This document shows, piece by piece, positions 1-10,900 of a DNA stretch of 64,000 nt (position 1 is the stretch's first letter; the number at the start of each line of letters is the position of its first letter). A program made the position numbers and the translations under genes. Origin of the DNA: Thecamonas trahens ATCC 50062 (Eukaryota; Protista; Apusomonadida). Location of the stretch: contig NW_013657640.1 of the NCBI RefSeq assembly GCF_000142905.1, forward strand, positions 61,208 to 125,207, given 5' to 3'. The notes under the pieces are model-generated. The model saw only the letters and a list, made by a program, of their open reading frames with translations. It ran no database searches and had not been told where the DNA came from.

Positions 1-134
1 GACCCAAAGGAAAATGGTGAATGACAAGGAAGGTACCTGGGGAGGTGGGGAGGGAGGGGGGGGGGGTATATGCATGGCCATTGTGAGAGATACAATCAAG
101 TTTGTGACTAACAAAGTATATGATGATGATGTAG

Positions 135-1172
135 ACATGAAGGTCGATAACTGTGCTATCTGCCGTAACCACATCATGGAGCTGTGTACGTACAGAGGTC
201 TTTACCTGAGGGTGTTCCTCCCCCTCCCCCTTCCCCCCCCTCCCTCTCGTCCCGCCCCGCCTCCTCTTCTCCCTCTCCCTCTCACAGCCCCTGCCCCCCC
301 CCCCTACCTGTCCCTATGCCACTCATCATGACTCATCATACGACACACATCTGTTGTTCACAAACACAGGCATCGAGTGTCAGGCAAATGAGGCCTCTGC
401 TACCAGTGATGAGTGCACAGTGGTACGTTCTGTGTCGTCATCGGCATCACCTGCGTGTGAACCCGGTGAGACAGTGGGGTATAGCCATGGCAATGGCCAT
501 GGAGATGACAATGGCCATGGAGATGACAATGGCCATGGAGATGACAATGGCCATGGAGATGGCAATGGTGTGTGTTCTGTACAAGCAGATCGTCAAGATG
601 TTTGCTGCATGCGCTGGTTCGGCGGCGGACAGTGGCTGGAGGTGGGTGGGTGATGGGGAGGGAACTCACGTGGTTACTGGGTGTGGGTGTATATAGGCCT
701 GGGGTATCTGCAACCACCCCTTCCATTTCCATGTACGTACAGATCTGCCCGTGTCCCCTTTCCCTCCTCCCCCTCCCTCCTCCCCCTCCCTCCTCCCCCT
801 CCCTCCTCCTCGCATACTCACGCAGTCTCTCTCTATCTATCTCCTCGACTTGGCACATAGTGGTACGCATAGCAACGAGATCTGAAGGCCGTCGCTTCAT
901 TGTGTCTCCCCCTCCCCCCTCCCCCCTCCCTCTCTCCCGATGTCGGTACTCACATTCTCTCTCTCTATCTCTCTCTTTCTCTCCCTCGCGTCATAATCCC
1001 CACAGCATCAGTACGTTCATCACCGCCTCCCCTTCCCTCTCCCTGCCCTATCTTTCCTGGCGAACATACTCACTGCACGCGGTCATTCATTTGTACAGGC
1101 CGGTGGCTGCAGACCCGCCAGGTCTGCCCGCTCGACAACACAGCATGGGAGTTCCAGCGCTACGGATCGTAG
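135..1172 (+). CDS. RBX1: RING-box protein 1 (RBX1/ROC1), 3' part; exons 135-185, 370-422, 697-732, 861-862, 1006-1010, 1099-1172; 5' exon(s) not identified, probably upstream of the window
   Basis: Spliced translation (D)[72 protein letters not shown] matches the RBX1 RING-H2 sequence. All introns are GTACG(T/C)...YAG with ACTCAY-type branch motifs. Confidence 0.95.
485..568. repeat. 18-bp tandem repeat (GGCCATGGAGATGACAAT), about 4 copies, inside an RBX1 intron
   Basis: Seen directly; it explains the spurious GHGDDN/MAMEMT ORFs. Confidence 0.85.
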
Positions 1173-1251
1173 CCGCAGCAGCAGTCTCGACAGCATCATC
1201 AACACACAACCCAACAGACACGTAGACTTGCCCTTCATTTCCCTGTTCCGT

Positions 1252-2579
1252 TCATTGTGTCCCGCTCAGCCGTGCGATGAGGTCGCGGACACCGTCGACC
1301 TGGATAGCAAGGTCAGCGGCCGCTGAGGCGTGCGAGTCGAGCACCTGCTGGGCCTGAGCCACAACCACTTGATGGCCCTCGAGCACCGTGAGCAGCTGCC
1401 GCTCGTACGCCTCCAGCATGGCGCGCGCGGTGTTGATGGCCGGCGCGGAGCCGCTGGAGATGACCGTGTCATAGTCGATGGTCTCGACCTTGGCTGCCGA
1501 CGACGCCCGCTCGGTCTCGGCGGCTGTCACGTCGCGCATGGCCGCCACAATCGGCAGACCGAGGAGTTTCTTGTCAGTATCAGACATTGCGGGGCCAGAG
1601 CTGGACTTGGCCGAGCTGGTGGCAGCCTTGGGCTCAGCACTGCTGGTCTTGACCTCGATCCCAGCCATCGACCTGAGATGGTCGCAGAAGCGCTTGTCGT
1701 ACATCCGCCGCTCGAACCAGATGTCAACGATGCGCTCGACCCTGCCTTGCATTCGCTTGTTTCCGTCCTTGCACAGCTGGGCCACCACCTTTGGCAGAGG
1801 CTTGCCAAACGCGAGCAGCACCTCGGGGTGGTCGCGCTTGCCGTTCTGGATCACATCGTTGGCCACATACAGATACAGCAGCTGCGCGTCTGTGGGTGCG
1901 GTAGTAAACTTGGTCTGCCACACTTCGACGATGTCGTCAATCGACTTTGAGTTGAACAGGATCCATCGTGAGAGCCCTGTGTTATCCGCGTCCCCAACCC
2001 CATCGGCAGCCGTATCGATCGCGACAGAAAGAGAGCGGGTTAGTCAACACCACAACATGATCATAGTCCAAGCCCAGCAACCATGCGTGAGCCATGAGAA
2101 CGCCGCGAGGAGGGTGATGAGAGGAAGCATGAAGAGAAGGCGAAGGACGAGGACGAGGGGACAATGATGTCGACGAGGTGAAGGACGGGGCGGCGGGTAG
2201 CGACCGTGCAGTCGAGCCATTCATTAGCAGCAGTACAAGGGACCACATCATGACCACACACACACACACACACACCCATAAGCAACCAGCATGCCAGTAG
2301 TAGCAAGTGGTAGTGAGCACGCCCATGAGCATACCCATGGCCGAGTCGCACACGGTAGTGGCGAGTCAAAGGGAAGAGCCAGGTCGAGGTTGTTTTGGGT
2401 GAGTACACGTTGGGTATGGAGAAGGTGTAGGTGAAGTGGATACATGGATGTGGTATATGTGTATGTGTGTGTGTATATATAGGTCAAGGAGGAAGTGGGT
2501 GGTTCGTACCTTGGATGGACTCTGCTGTGTTCGTCAGGGCATCCAGCTTGGCTTCGAGTGCCTCGCGGGTGTACGTCAT
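1252..2579 (-). CDS. RNA polymerase II CTD-interacting domain (CID/RPR) protein, RPRD1/Rtt103-like; exons 2579-2510 and 1976-1252
   Basis: Spliced N-terminus MTYTREALEAKLDALTNTAESIQG|LSRWILF...LLYLYVANDVIQN...VERIVDIWFERRMY is typical of a CID domain. The intron is GTACGA...CAG and the phases match. Confidence 0.88.
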
Positions 2580-2703
2580 CGTAGAGCCGCCGAACCAGAG
2601 TCGAGTAGCTGCTCGCCTCCCCCTCCCCCCCCCCTCGGAGGGGATACGAGGGAAGTTGCATATTCTGTCACAGGATGGGTCATCGCATCCGATTGTGTGC
2701 TTC

Positions 2704-2923
2704 TGTAGATGTTGATCGGTGTATGGGCTGGCCATCGCGTGGGATGGCATGCTCCTGTCTGCCGTACACAAGCCAGCCGCAGCAAGGATGCTGGCAACCA
2801 GGCCCGGAACTACATTGATCACATCTCATGCCTCGATCAGACCCATGTAGATGTTGATCGGTGTATGGGCGCGGGGTGGTATGCTCTGTATGCTATGCAC
2901 AAGCCAGCCGCGGCAAGGCGCTG
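2704..2923. repeat. Diverged ~90-bp direct duplication (2704-2793 and 2846-2923) in a divergent intergenic region
   Basis: Both copies begin with the identical TGTAGATGTTGATCGGTGTATGGGC and share CACAAGCCAGCCGC.GCAAGG. Confidence 0.75.
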
Positions 2924-3171
2924 ATGACAGCCCATCGCCCACCCATCACCACGCACTTGACATCGTTTCCTCTCGTCATCCACGCTAACTACCAGCTGGC
3001 CTGAGCGCCTTTGCGCTCCGTCGCATCGTCCGCCGGTCAGTCAGCGGCGGTGGAAGGGCGGCGCGGGTGGTGAGCGCTTGCTCAAATCGGTGGAGAGGGC
3101 GCAAGTTGCGGCCAAGGCCAAGACGGCGAGGCGAAGAGTCCTCAGAGCACTCGACGCCAATCGAACCAAGT

Positions 3172-3750
3172 ATGCGAGGTGGTGGTGCTAGCATTGTGTC
3201 TGCAGCCCTTGTTCTTGCTGCCTTTCTTGTCCTTCCGCAGCTCCTCTGCCAGCCGACAACTCCGCCGTCTGTCCGTCTCTTTGTCTCGGCTGTCGCGACC
3301 GCTACGGCACTTCCGCTCATTTGGCGGCCATCGCCTTCGCCTGGTGCCGTTTCACGTCTGATTGCCACGACTTCTGGCGCTCTGCTCCCGATCTTTGTCT
3401 CTCCGTTTGTTATGCTTGTTCTGATCACTCTCGGTGCGCCATCGTCCAACGATACTCTGGCTCTTGCTCTTGTTCTCGCTGTTCTTGTTGCAGGTCCCTT
3501 TGGCGCTCTCTGTGGTCGCCCAGCCGTGATACGTTGGATCCATACTGTGGTTCTCGCTCGAGGTTCGGGTGCCCGCGATGAGCGCCTCATCGCCGGTATG
3601 GCCTGGGGCGCTGTGGTGGGTGCCTGGCTCTCCGCCGCCGCTCTTCCGCTCGACTGGGATCGCCCGTGGCAGGCCTGGCCCATTCCGCCGGCCGTTGGCA
3701 GCGTATGTGGCTTTGTGGTCGGCTCGGCGCTGGCGCTGGTATGGAACTAG
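3172..3750 (+). CDS. PIGF: GPI biosynthesis protein PIG-F/Gpi11
   Basis: Multi-pass hydrophobic ORF with ITLGAP and GAVVGAWLSAAALPLDWDRPWQAWP, the PIG-F signature. Confidence 0.9.
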   Translation: MRGGGASIVSAALVLAAFLVLPQLLCQPTTPPSVRLFVSAVATATALPLIWRPSPSPGAVSRLIATTSGALLPIFVSPFVMLVLITLGAPSSNDTLALALVLAVLVAGPFGALCGRPAVIRWIHTVVLARGSGARDERLIAGMAWGAVVGAWLSAAALPLDWDRPWQAWPIPPAVGSVCGFVVGSALALVWN

Positions 3751-3756
3751 CTCTGT

Positions 3757-4956
3757 TTACCCAGCAACAACCAGCGGGTCCACTTTTGTCCGCGGGTGGA
3801 CCGCATCGGCGCGCATGGCCGCCCACAGTGGCCACAGGAATCGCCCCGACGAGGTGCACGACGAGACGCCGCCAAAGACGCCCGAGTACAGCGGCTTGTT
3901 CCCGCCCGAGTAGTGGATCGAGTGCGCGGCGTTGAGCAGCCGCTGGGCCGGAATGTGCCGGACCTCAAACATCCACGACGACATGTGGTACTGCGGTGGG
4001 ATCTCGACCCACTTGCTCCCGCTGAACACACTCCGCGCCACCCGTGAGTCCGACATGCTGTTGGTCTTGTACGCCGGGTCGTTGACCATCGTCTCGACAA
4101 GCTCCTCGTACGTCGCCACTGACGGGACCGCCACAAAGAGCGAGGTGACCAGCGCCGGTGGCCCGGTTACCAGGTAGACAGGATCCTGTGGTGCAGCAAT
4201 CATCCCAGGCTTGTCTACAAGATCGAACAGCGAGTCGAGCGGCTTGAGGACGACCACGTCGGCGTCGACAAACAGGATCTTGTCGTACTGCTCCAGCCGC
4301 CACACCCCAAACTTGGACGCTGACAGCGTCGACCAGTGGCTCTCGGAACGGACTTGCAGCGTCCGCTCCATCTTGGACGTCACCGCACCAAGCGCGTGCA
4401 GCGCCTCGATCTCGGCCTTGCCCACAGACTCGCCGGGGCCAAGCAGCGCGTGCAGGACGTGTGGCGTCCCGGTCCGCGCGATCGACCGCAGTACGACCGC
4501 ACACCCGCGTGCGTGCGCGTTGCCCGTCGCCACGCACACATACGCCCACGTGCTTCCGCTCGTTGGCGCCGCCACTGGCGCGCTGCCCTGGCTCGTCCCG
4601 TCCCGTGCCAGCAGGATCGGCGACCAGTTCAGAGGCACTTGCGCCTTGAGCTCGGCCACCAGACAGTCGCGCCGCAAGCATGGCGCATACCGAAGTGCCA
4701 CAGGCGCCATCACCCACGCCATCACCACCATCACCAGCCCGATCCCGCACAACCTCGCCAGTGCCCGAGCCGTAAACGACGCGCCCGACTCGCTCGCTCG
4801 TCGAGTAGGGAGTCCGGTCGAGACGCCGAGGTACAGACAGCCACAACCACACACGGCATCATGTCCTGCTCGCCGGTGGTACTTGGACTCTTCCCCCCTC
4901 TTCCAGCCTCCCCGCTCGCTCTCCCCGCCCTCACTCAGCCCAGTCTTGCGCAGCAT
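3757..4956 (-). CDS. Glycosyltransferase family 8 (glycogenin-like fold), probable type II membrane protein; start uncertain
   Basis: SKFGVWRLEQYDKILFVDADVVV (DxD motif), IHYSGGNKP motif, N-terminal hydrophobic anchor. Confidence 0.8.
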   Translation of the reverse strand: MLRKTGLSEGGESERGGWKRGEESKYHRRAGHDAVCGCGCLYLGVSTGLPTRRASESGASFTARALARLCGIGLVMVVMAWVMAPVALRYAPCLRRDCLVAELKAQVPLNWSPILLARDGTSQGSAPVAAPTSGSTWAYVCVATGNAHARGCAVVLRSIARTGTPHVLHALLGPGESVGKAEIEALHALGAVTSKMERTLQVRSESHWSTLSASKFGVWRLEQYDKILFVDADVVVLKPLDSLFDLVDKPGMIAAPQDPVYLVTGPPALVTSLFVAVPSVATYEELVETMVNDPAYKTNSMSDSRVARSVFSGSKWVEIPPQYHMSSWMFEVRHIPAQRLLNAAHSIHYSGGNKPLYSGVFGGVSSCTSSGRFLWPLWAAMRADAVHPRTKVDPLVVAG

Positions 4957-5296
4957 AGTCCCCCGCAGCTCGTCGATTTGAGTCGCAACAAAATCGCTGA
5001 AAATTCCGTCGGGCAACGCGGAAAGCCAAGTGTTTCCTCCCCGCCTCTGCGTACTGACCGCACACCTCGATCCCCACCCCCTCCACCATCACCACCACCA
5101 ACAACACATGCCGTCGAATCCCAGAGTTGTGCCCGACTGGTAGAGGCAGACTTGAGTGTACCAAAGGCGAGTCGAGAAGAGCCGCTCAGGTAGGAGCTCC
5201 GAGCCCATCGTGGACCCGGTGCCTGCCAACCGATGCCAATCCGGACGGTCATCGATGACAACACACGGCCGCACCACTCGTCTCGTCGACTGCTTC

Positions 5297-5971
5297 ATGT
5301 CTGCCGACGATGGCTACGTGCCGGCAGGAGAGCGATGTGCGATCTGTCTGAGTGAGCAACCCGAGGCGCTTGCGCTAGCCGATGGCTGCTTCCACGGCTT
5401 CTGTCTCGTGTGTCTCGCCCAATGGGCGGAAGTCTCTCGGACTTGTCCGCTCTGCAAGACCCCGTTCACCTCCATCATCCACGACATCGTCTCATCGTCC
5501 GACTACGCCACTCTCCGACTTGATCCGCTCGAGGCTAAGCTTAGCTCTGATCGTCTGCCATGGACTCCTGACCACGCCCGCCGTGCCGCCATGTATCGCC
5601 CCGGTACTGCCCGCCATCCGCGAGTCGACGCCCTCCTTGCCTCGCGGGACACATCCAGGCTGGAAAGTTCGACAACGCCAAGCCGTGCAGAGTCGCTGAG
5701 ACGACGCCCGTTTGTGGCTCGAGAGGTAGCCGCGGTCCTTGGCCCGACGCGGAGCCAGGACGAGGTCGACGTCGTGCTTGGCGCAGTCGAGGCCGTCCTC
5801 GACTCGGTCCCGCTCTCCCAGCCGGTTGCGGCAATCGACCTCCTCGCCCCTCTTCTCGGCACCGCCAAAGCCACCCGGTTCATCGACGAGCTCTCGGCCT
5901 TTTGTCTCGTCCGCTTTGATCTCGCCGCCTACGATCGCATCCTCGCTGCCGTCGCCAAGAGCCCCAGCTAA
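5297..5971 (+). CDS. C3HC4 RING E3 ubiquitin ligase, TOPORS-like
   Basis: CAICL...CFHGFCLVCLAQW...CPLCKTPF RING, plus C-terminal TRFIDELSAF...DLAAYDR resembling the TOPORS conserved region. Confidence 0.8.
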   Translation: MSADDGYVPAGERCAICLSEQPEALALADGCFHGFCLVCLAQWAEVSRTCPLCKTPFTSIIHDIVSSSDYATLRLDPLEAKLSSDRLPWTPDHARRAAMYRPGTARHPRVDALLASRDTSRLESSTTPSRAESLRRRPFVAREVAAVLGPTRSQDEVDVVLGAVEAVLDSVPLSQPVAAIDLLAPLLGTAKATRFIDELSAFCLVRFDLAAYDRILAAVAKSPS

Positions 5972-6089
5972 CGCGAGCTTGAGGAGCCAACCTTACCGCC
6001 CGCCGCCTCTCGGCTCGGCTTGGCTTGGCTCGGCTCGGCTCGGCAAGTAGAGATCGCGTGCCTCGCTCGGGGTTTACTTGTGGGGTCCT

Positions 6090-7745
6090 TCACTCCTTCT
6101 TGAAGAAGCGGTCCTGGATGGCCTTGTACATGAGCGAGAACATGGCGCCCTGCATGGCGTTGGCAATGAGGCGGGTGGAGAGGCCACGGAGGAAGAGGCC
6201 CGAGACGCCGTCCTGGCGGATGATCTGGCGGACGGTGTCCGGGTAGGTGAGGGCCACCGGCGAGGTCTGCTTGGTTGTCTTGATGACCCGCAGCGAGTTG
6301 GAGATGCAATCCGAGGTTGCCGAGGCGGCAAAGCCGATGAGCGCGTTGCGCCCGTGCTTCTTGACCGTGTAGTAGGCTTCGTCGGCGTCGGGGACCGCCA
6401 CCTTCTCCTGCAGAGTGTTGAAGACAAAGAACCACGGGTAGTAGCCGACCCAGGTGGCCGAGAACGCACCGGCGGCGCCGTGGTAGAGGACGCCAAAGCC
6501 CGAGACGCGGACCTTCTTCATCAGGAGACGGAGGCCATCGCGGCCCTGGACCTGCAGAGTGGTCTTGGCAGCATCAATGGGCATGAGGTTGATCCGCCAG
6601 GCAGCAGCTGTCACGGCAGCCGCAGCCGTCTTGACAGCCATGGGCATAGCATGGAGGGTCTCGTTCGACTCAAAGAGCGAGAGGACCAGCTCGTTGGCGG
6701 CAGTATCACCAGCCCGCGAGAGCGGACCCTGAGCCAGAGCCGGGCCGAGGCCACGATAGAAGCGACGGATACCACCCTCTGCATAGAGAGCCTTGAGGTT
6801 GTGGAAGAAGCCACCACCACGAGCATAAGCCACATTCATGACCGTCCTCAGCCACATGAGCGAGATGACCTGCACTCCCATAGCCGCCGCACCGGGAAGT
6901 CCACCACCGATGGCACGCTTGCCAGCCTTGCTAAGGATCTCTCCCAGAGAGAGGCCCGCTCCGGGCGCCGCTCCCGACTCACCACCGTCTGTCAGAAAAA
7001 GGTCGTGAAACAGGCGGATGAGGAGAAGAAGCAGGAGGAGGAGGAGAAGGGGGGGGGCGGGGGCGGGGGTGGAGGGGGAGGGGGAGGGGGAGGGGAGCGG
7101 GACAGTCGGCGGGGTTGAGGGTTGGTGGAAGGGTGAGAGAGAAGAGGATGAGTACATGCTGTTGGGGTGGGGGTGACGGGATGGGGGAGGGGGGAGGGGG
7201 GGGTATGGTGGGGAGGGGATGTGTATGGTGGGGGTGGCATGCGGGAAAGTGGGGGGGGGGGGGGGGGNNNNNNNNNNNNNNNNNNNNNNNNNNNNNNNNN
7301 NNNNNNNNNNNNNNNNNNNNNNNNNNNNNNNNNNNNNNNNNNNNNNNNNNNNNNNNNNNNNNNNNNNGTTTCCTGTTACAGGAGGTGGCGATTCACTATA
7401 AGCGCCGCATAGTCCTTTTGATTATAGGGCCACCAATTTCATCAGACGCTGTCCAAAGGCATCAAGTGCAAAAAACCCTCCCTGGGGAAGACGCAACCGG
7501 GGAGGGGGAGGGGAGCGGGGATGTGACGGTGGTGCCAGTGGCAGGCCACCGCCAGCCACCGCCTCCCCCCCCCTTTCCCCCCTCCCCTCTTTCTCCTTGG
7601 CAGGCCTCCACTACCACCACCGCCATACACCCTCTCTGACATGGGTGTGGTAGAGGGGAGGGAGAGGGGGAGGGGATGGTAAGGACGTACTCTCGGTGGT
7701 GGCAAAGGCCACAGGTGCAAAGGGGGAGGTAGGGGCGGTCGCCAT
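6090..7745 (-). CDS. Mitochondrial carrier (SLC25) family protein; exons 7745-7691 and 6988-6090 (the intron contains an N-gap)
   Basis: PIDAAKTTLQ carrier motif and RFYRGLGP / LYHGA / LFLRGL repeats. Exon 1 MATAPTSPFAPVAFATTE ends phase 1 at GTACGT and joins in frame at CAG|AC GGT. Confidence 0.85.
7268..7367. other. Assembly gap (N run); other gaps at 22290-22638, 24531-24799 and 36939-37038
   Basis: Runs of N, generally flanked by G/C homopolymers or tandem repeats. Confidence 0.99.
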
Positions 7746-7965
7746 AGCTCGGTTCAGAGGGGGGGTGCGGTGGGGTTAGGTGGCTGTCGGTGGTGCGAGT
7801 GGGAGGGTCAGTCGGTTGTGTGGCGTGGCGTGGCGTGATGGTGGCGTGAACGATTATTTGTCACTCAAAGCGCCCACTCGATGGCTGACCGACGTGAGGC
7901 CATTCGTTCTTCATCGCGATAGGTTTACCAGTGGTTGGGTGGTGTGGTGGTGAGGGGCAAGGGCT

Positions 7966-10900
7966 TCAACGCTTGCTCTTGGCTTGGACAGGCTGCCGCA
8001 GGATGGCAGTCCGCTTGGCAGGCGTTCCAACAAAGGCGAGGATGACCGCGAGCTGGTTGAGGAGCGAAAAGGCCGACGTCAGCTGCGCTTCGGTCTCGCT
8101 CGTCTTGCTAGCGCCCGCTTCAGCTGCCGCCTCGCCAGATGCCGTCGCCTCGTCACAGCTGTCACCGTCGACCGCGTCTACATCGACTTTGCCGGCCAAC
8201 CGGTCGTTTCCGAGCAGCGAGAGCTCGATGCCGTCGACCGAATCGGCGTGGCCTAGTGAGGGCGCGGGCGGCAGCGCTGCGGCTGCCGGGGCCGCATTTG
8301 CAGGCGGCCCATCGCCTCCGCTGATGTTGATGTCGAGCGGCGGGTGGCGGGCGAGGACGTCGCGGAACGCGCCTTCTGCAACAGAGTTGGCAGCAACCAC
8401 AAAGCCGGCGGTAACCCCCAGTGCGGCCGAGGTGACTTTGTCAGGAAGTGGGGCAGTAGCGAGGACCGACCCAGCCTGCGGCGGCGACGGCGCCGCCACC
8501 AGATCGTCGATGTACTGGTCAAGCGCAGGCGCGTTGGCCTCGAGGAATTCGTTGAGCGGGATCATGTACGGCTCCTTGCCGCCAAACATGACCTTGTTGG
8601 CCAGGTTCTGCAGCACCTTGGACAGCAACGTTAGCTGCCGCCGGATCGCTGGCTCGGGCGGGTGCGGGAGAAAGCCTACCGACTCGGGCGCAGCAACGGA
8701 GGAGCAGAAGAAGCGCAGAAAAAGAAAGCCAGAGACGCCGCGCGCAGCGCCGACCGGTCCAAACCGAGCCCCGACGCTGGCGTGTAGCGTCTGGCAAATG
8801 GCCACCATTCCGGGCGGCATTTCGCGCCGCCCCCGCACAATCGACGACAGCACCTTTTGCGCAAGCGCAGAGACCTCGTACCGTGACACAGCCACGTCCT
8901 CGGTTCCGCTCCCGCGCGTTGCGTCCAGTTCCATTGCCTTGCCCTCGTCGGCGCCCGCGAGCTTGTAGTACAGCGTCACGACGTGGACGCCGACCACCTG
9001 CCACAGGTACTCGAGGCCCACCATCCGCGCGTACGCCTGCATCAGCTTGGTCGCCGCCGAGTTGGTCCTGAACAACGTGCCCTCGTCCGCCGCCGCTGCC
9101 ACCTCGACTCGGATGCGAGAGAGAACAAGCCCGAGACCCGAGCCGGACTGTGAGCCAGCGTAGCTGTACAGCATCGCCTTGCACGCATGGTCGAGATCGC
9201 CGACCGAGAGCGAGTCAAACAGGGCATGCGCCAGTGCAAACTCGCCGCCGCGTGCGTCGGCCACAAAGAGCGGGCCAAGCGCCGCTGCGTTGGCCACTAG
9301 CGATGCCGTCGTCGGCTCCATCTCAGCCGTCGCATACCCGTAGAACCGGAACGGCTCCAGGTCGGGCATCTCCAGCCGTGCTGCCTCGGCTCTCCGGCGC
9401 CGGACCACAATTGCGGCGGCCACTCCAGCCGCAATGCATCCGAGCAACACAAGAACGCCCACCACAGAAGCTCCGGCCACCGCACCCGAGTTGGATTTCG
9501 GCGGCGCGGCCACAACCCGCGCCTCGCAGCTCGCGGCAGGCTCAAAGCTGTCATCCTTCTCAGTACACCCTGGATCCATGCCGCTGCACACCAGGGGAAC
9601 ATCACATGGTGAGTCTTGCTTGCACACCTGTCCCGAGACAACAAGATTGTCGACGGGGCAGCTGAACGCGCCAGCCGTGCAAAACTCGGCCACATCGCAC
9701 GGGCCGGCCGCAGGGCGGCACTCGGTCGACGCAGGCTTGAGCGTCCGTGCCGGGCACATCGCGGACACGCCGCTGCACCGCGCCTCGTTCTCGCACTCGC
9801 CGCGGGCTGCCGCACACACCGTGCCAAACGGTAGGACAACGTCGATCGGGCAGAGCGCAGAGAGCCCGTTGCACTCTTCGGCCAGGTCGCAGCTGGTGTT
9901 CGCCGGTCGACACACCGTCCCTGCCGGTGCCAGCGTAAAAGCCGGGCACTCGGGTCCGATGCCGGTGCAGAACGCGTCTGTTGCGCATACCGATGGCGCT
10001 GTCGCACAAAGCTTGGTGTCCGGCTCAAACGAGTCTGACGGACACGTCGGCGATACGCCGTCGCAGCTCTCTTCCACGTCGCAGCGACCACGCGATGCGC
10101 GGCAGACCGAGGTGCGCATAACCCGCGGTGGACAGTTGGGCCCGCTGCCGGTGCAGACCGACGGGAACGAGCACTCGCTCCCCGCCTCGCACATCGTGCC
10201 ACTTGCCACAAACTTGTCGGTCGGACACTTGGTCGATACCCCGTCGCACGTCTCGGCTACATCACACGTGTCTGCTGCCGCCCGACAGACCGTGCCGGCA
10301 GCCGCAAGTCCAGGCGGTGGACAGGTGATCGAGCTCCCGTTGCAGACTCCAGGTGTGGCGCAAACGTCGTCAGCGGCGAGCGAGGTGCAGACAGAAAGCG
10401 CGGGGAGGAAGTCGTCCTGTGGGCAATCGGTTGCGTCGCCGGGACAGAGCTCGGCAGCGTCGCAGGGTCCGGCCTTGACGCGGCAGATCGCAGTGGCAGG
10501 CGCAAACAGGCACGAACTGGTACAACACGCGCTCGTCTCGTCACAGTTCTCGCCAATGTCGACGATCCCGTTTCCGCAGCCGACGTATTGCAGATCGATA
10601 GTCCCGCTCCAAGTAGTGCCGCCGTCCATCGAGACCTCGACGCTGCTCTTCCACATCGAGCCTGCGCTCGCGCCCACTAGAGCAGGATCCGGTGCCGTGC
10701 ACACCACCGAGCTCCCATCCGCGGCCACGCTTACAGCTGCCGCCTCGGACGCGCCTCCACCGAACCGGCAGCGGATCTCCTGAGACGCCGCGTCGGGCGA
10801 GGTCTGCAATCCTGAGCCAATAACCCGAAACTGCTCGCCGCTCGTCACCGCTGCAGGGACATGACCCGATACCACCGCGTTCATGCTATAGTACACCGTC

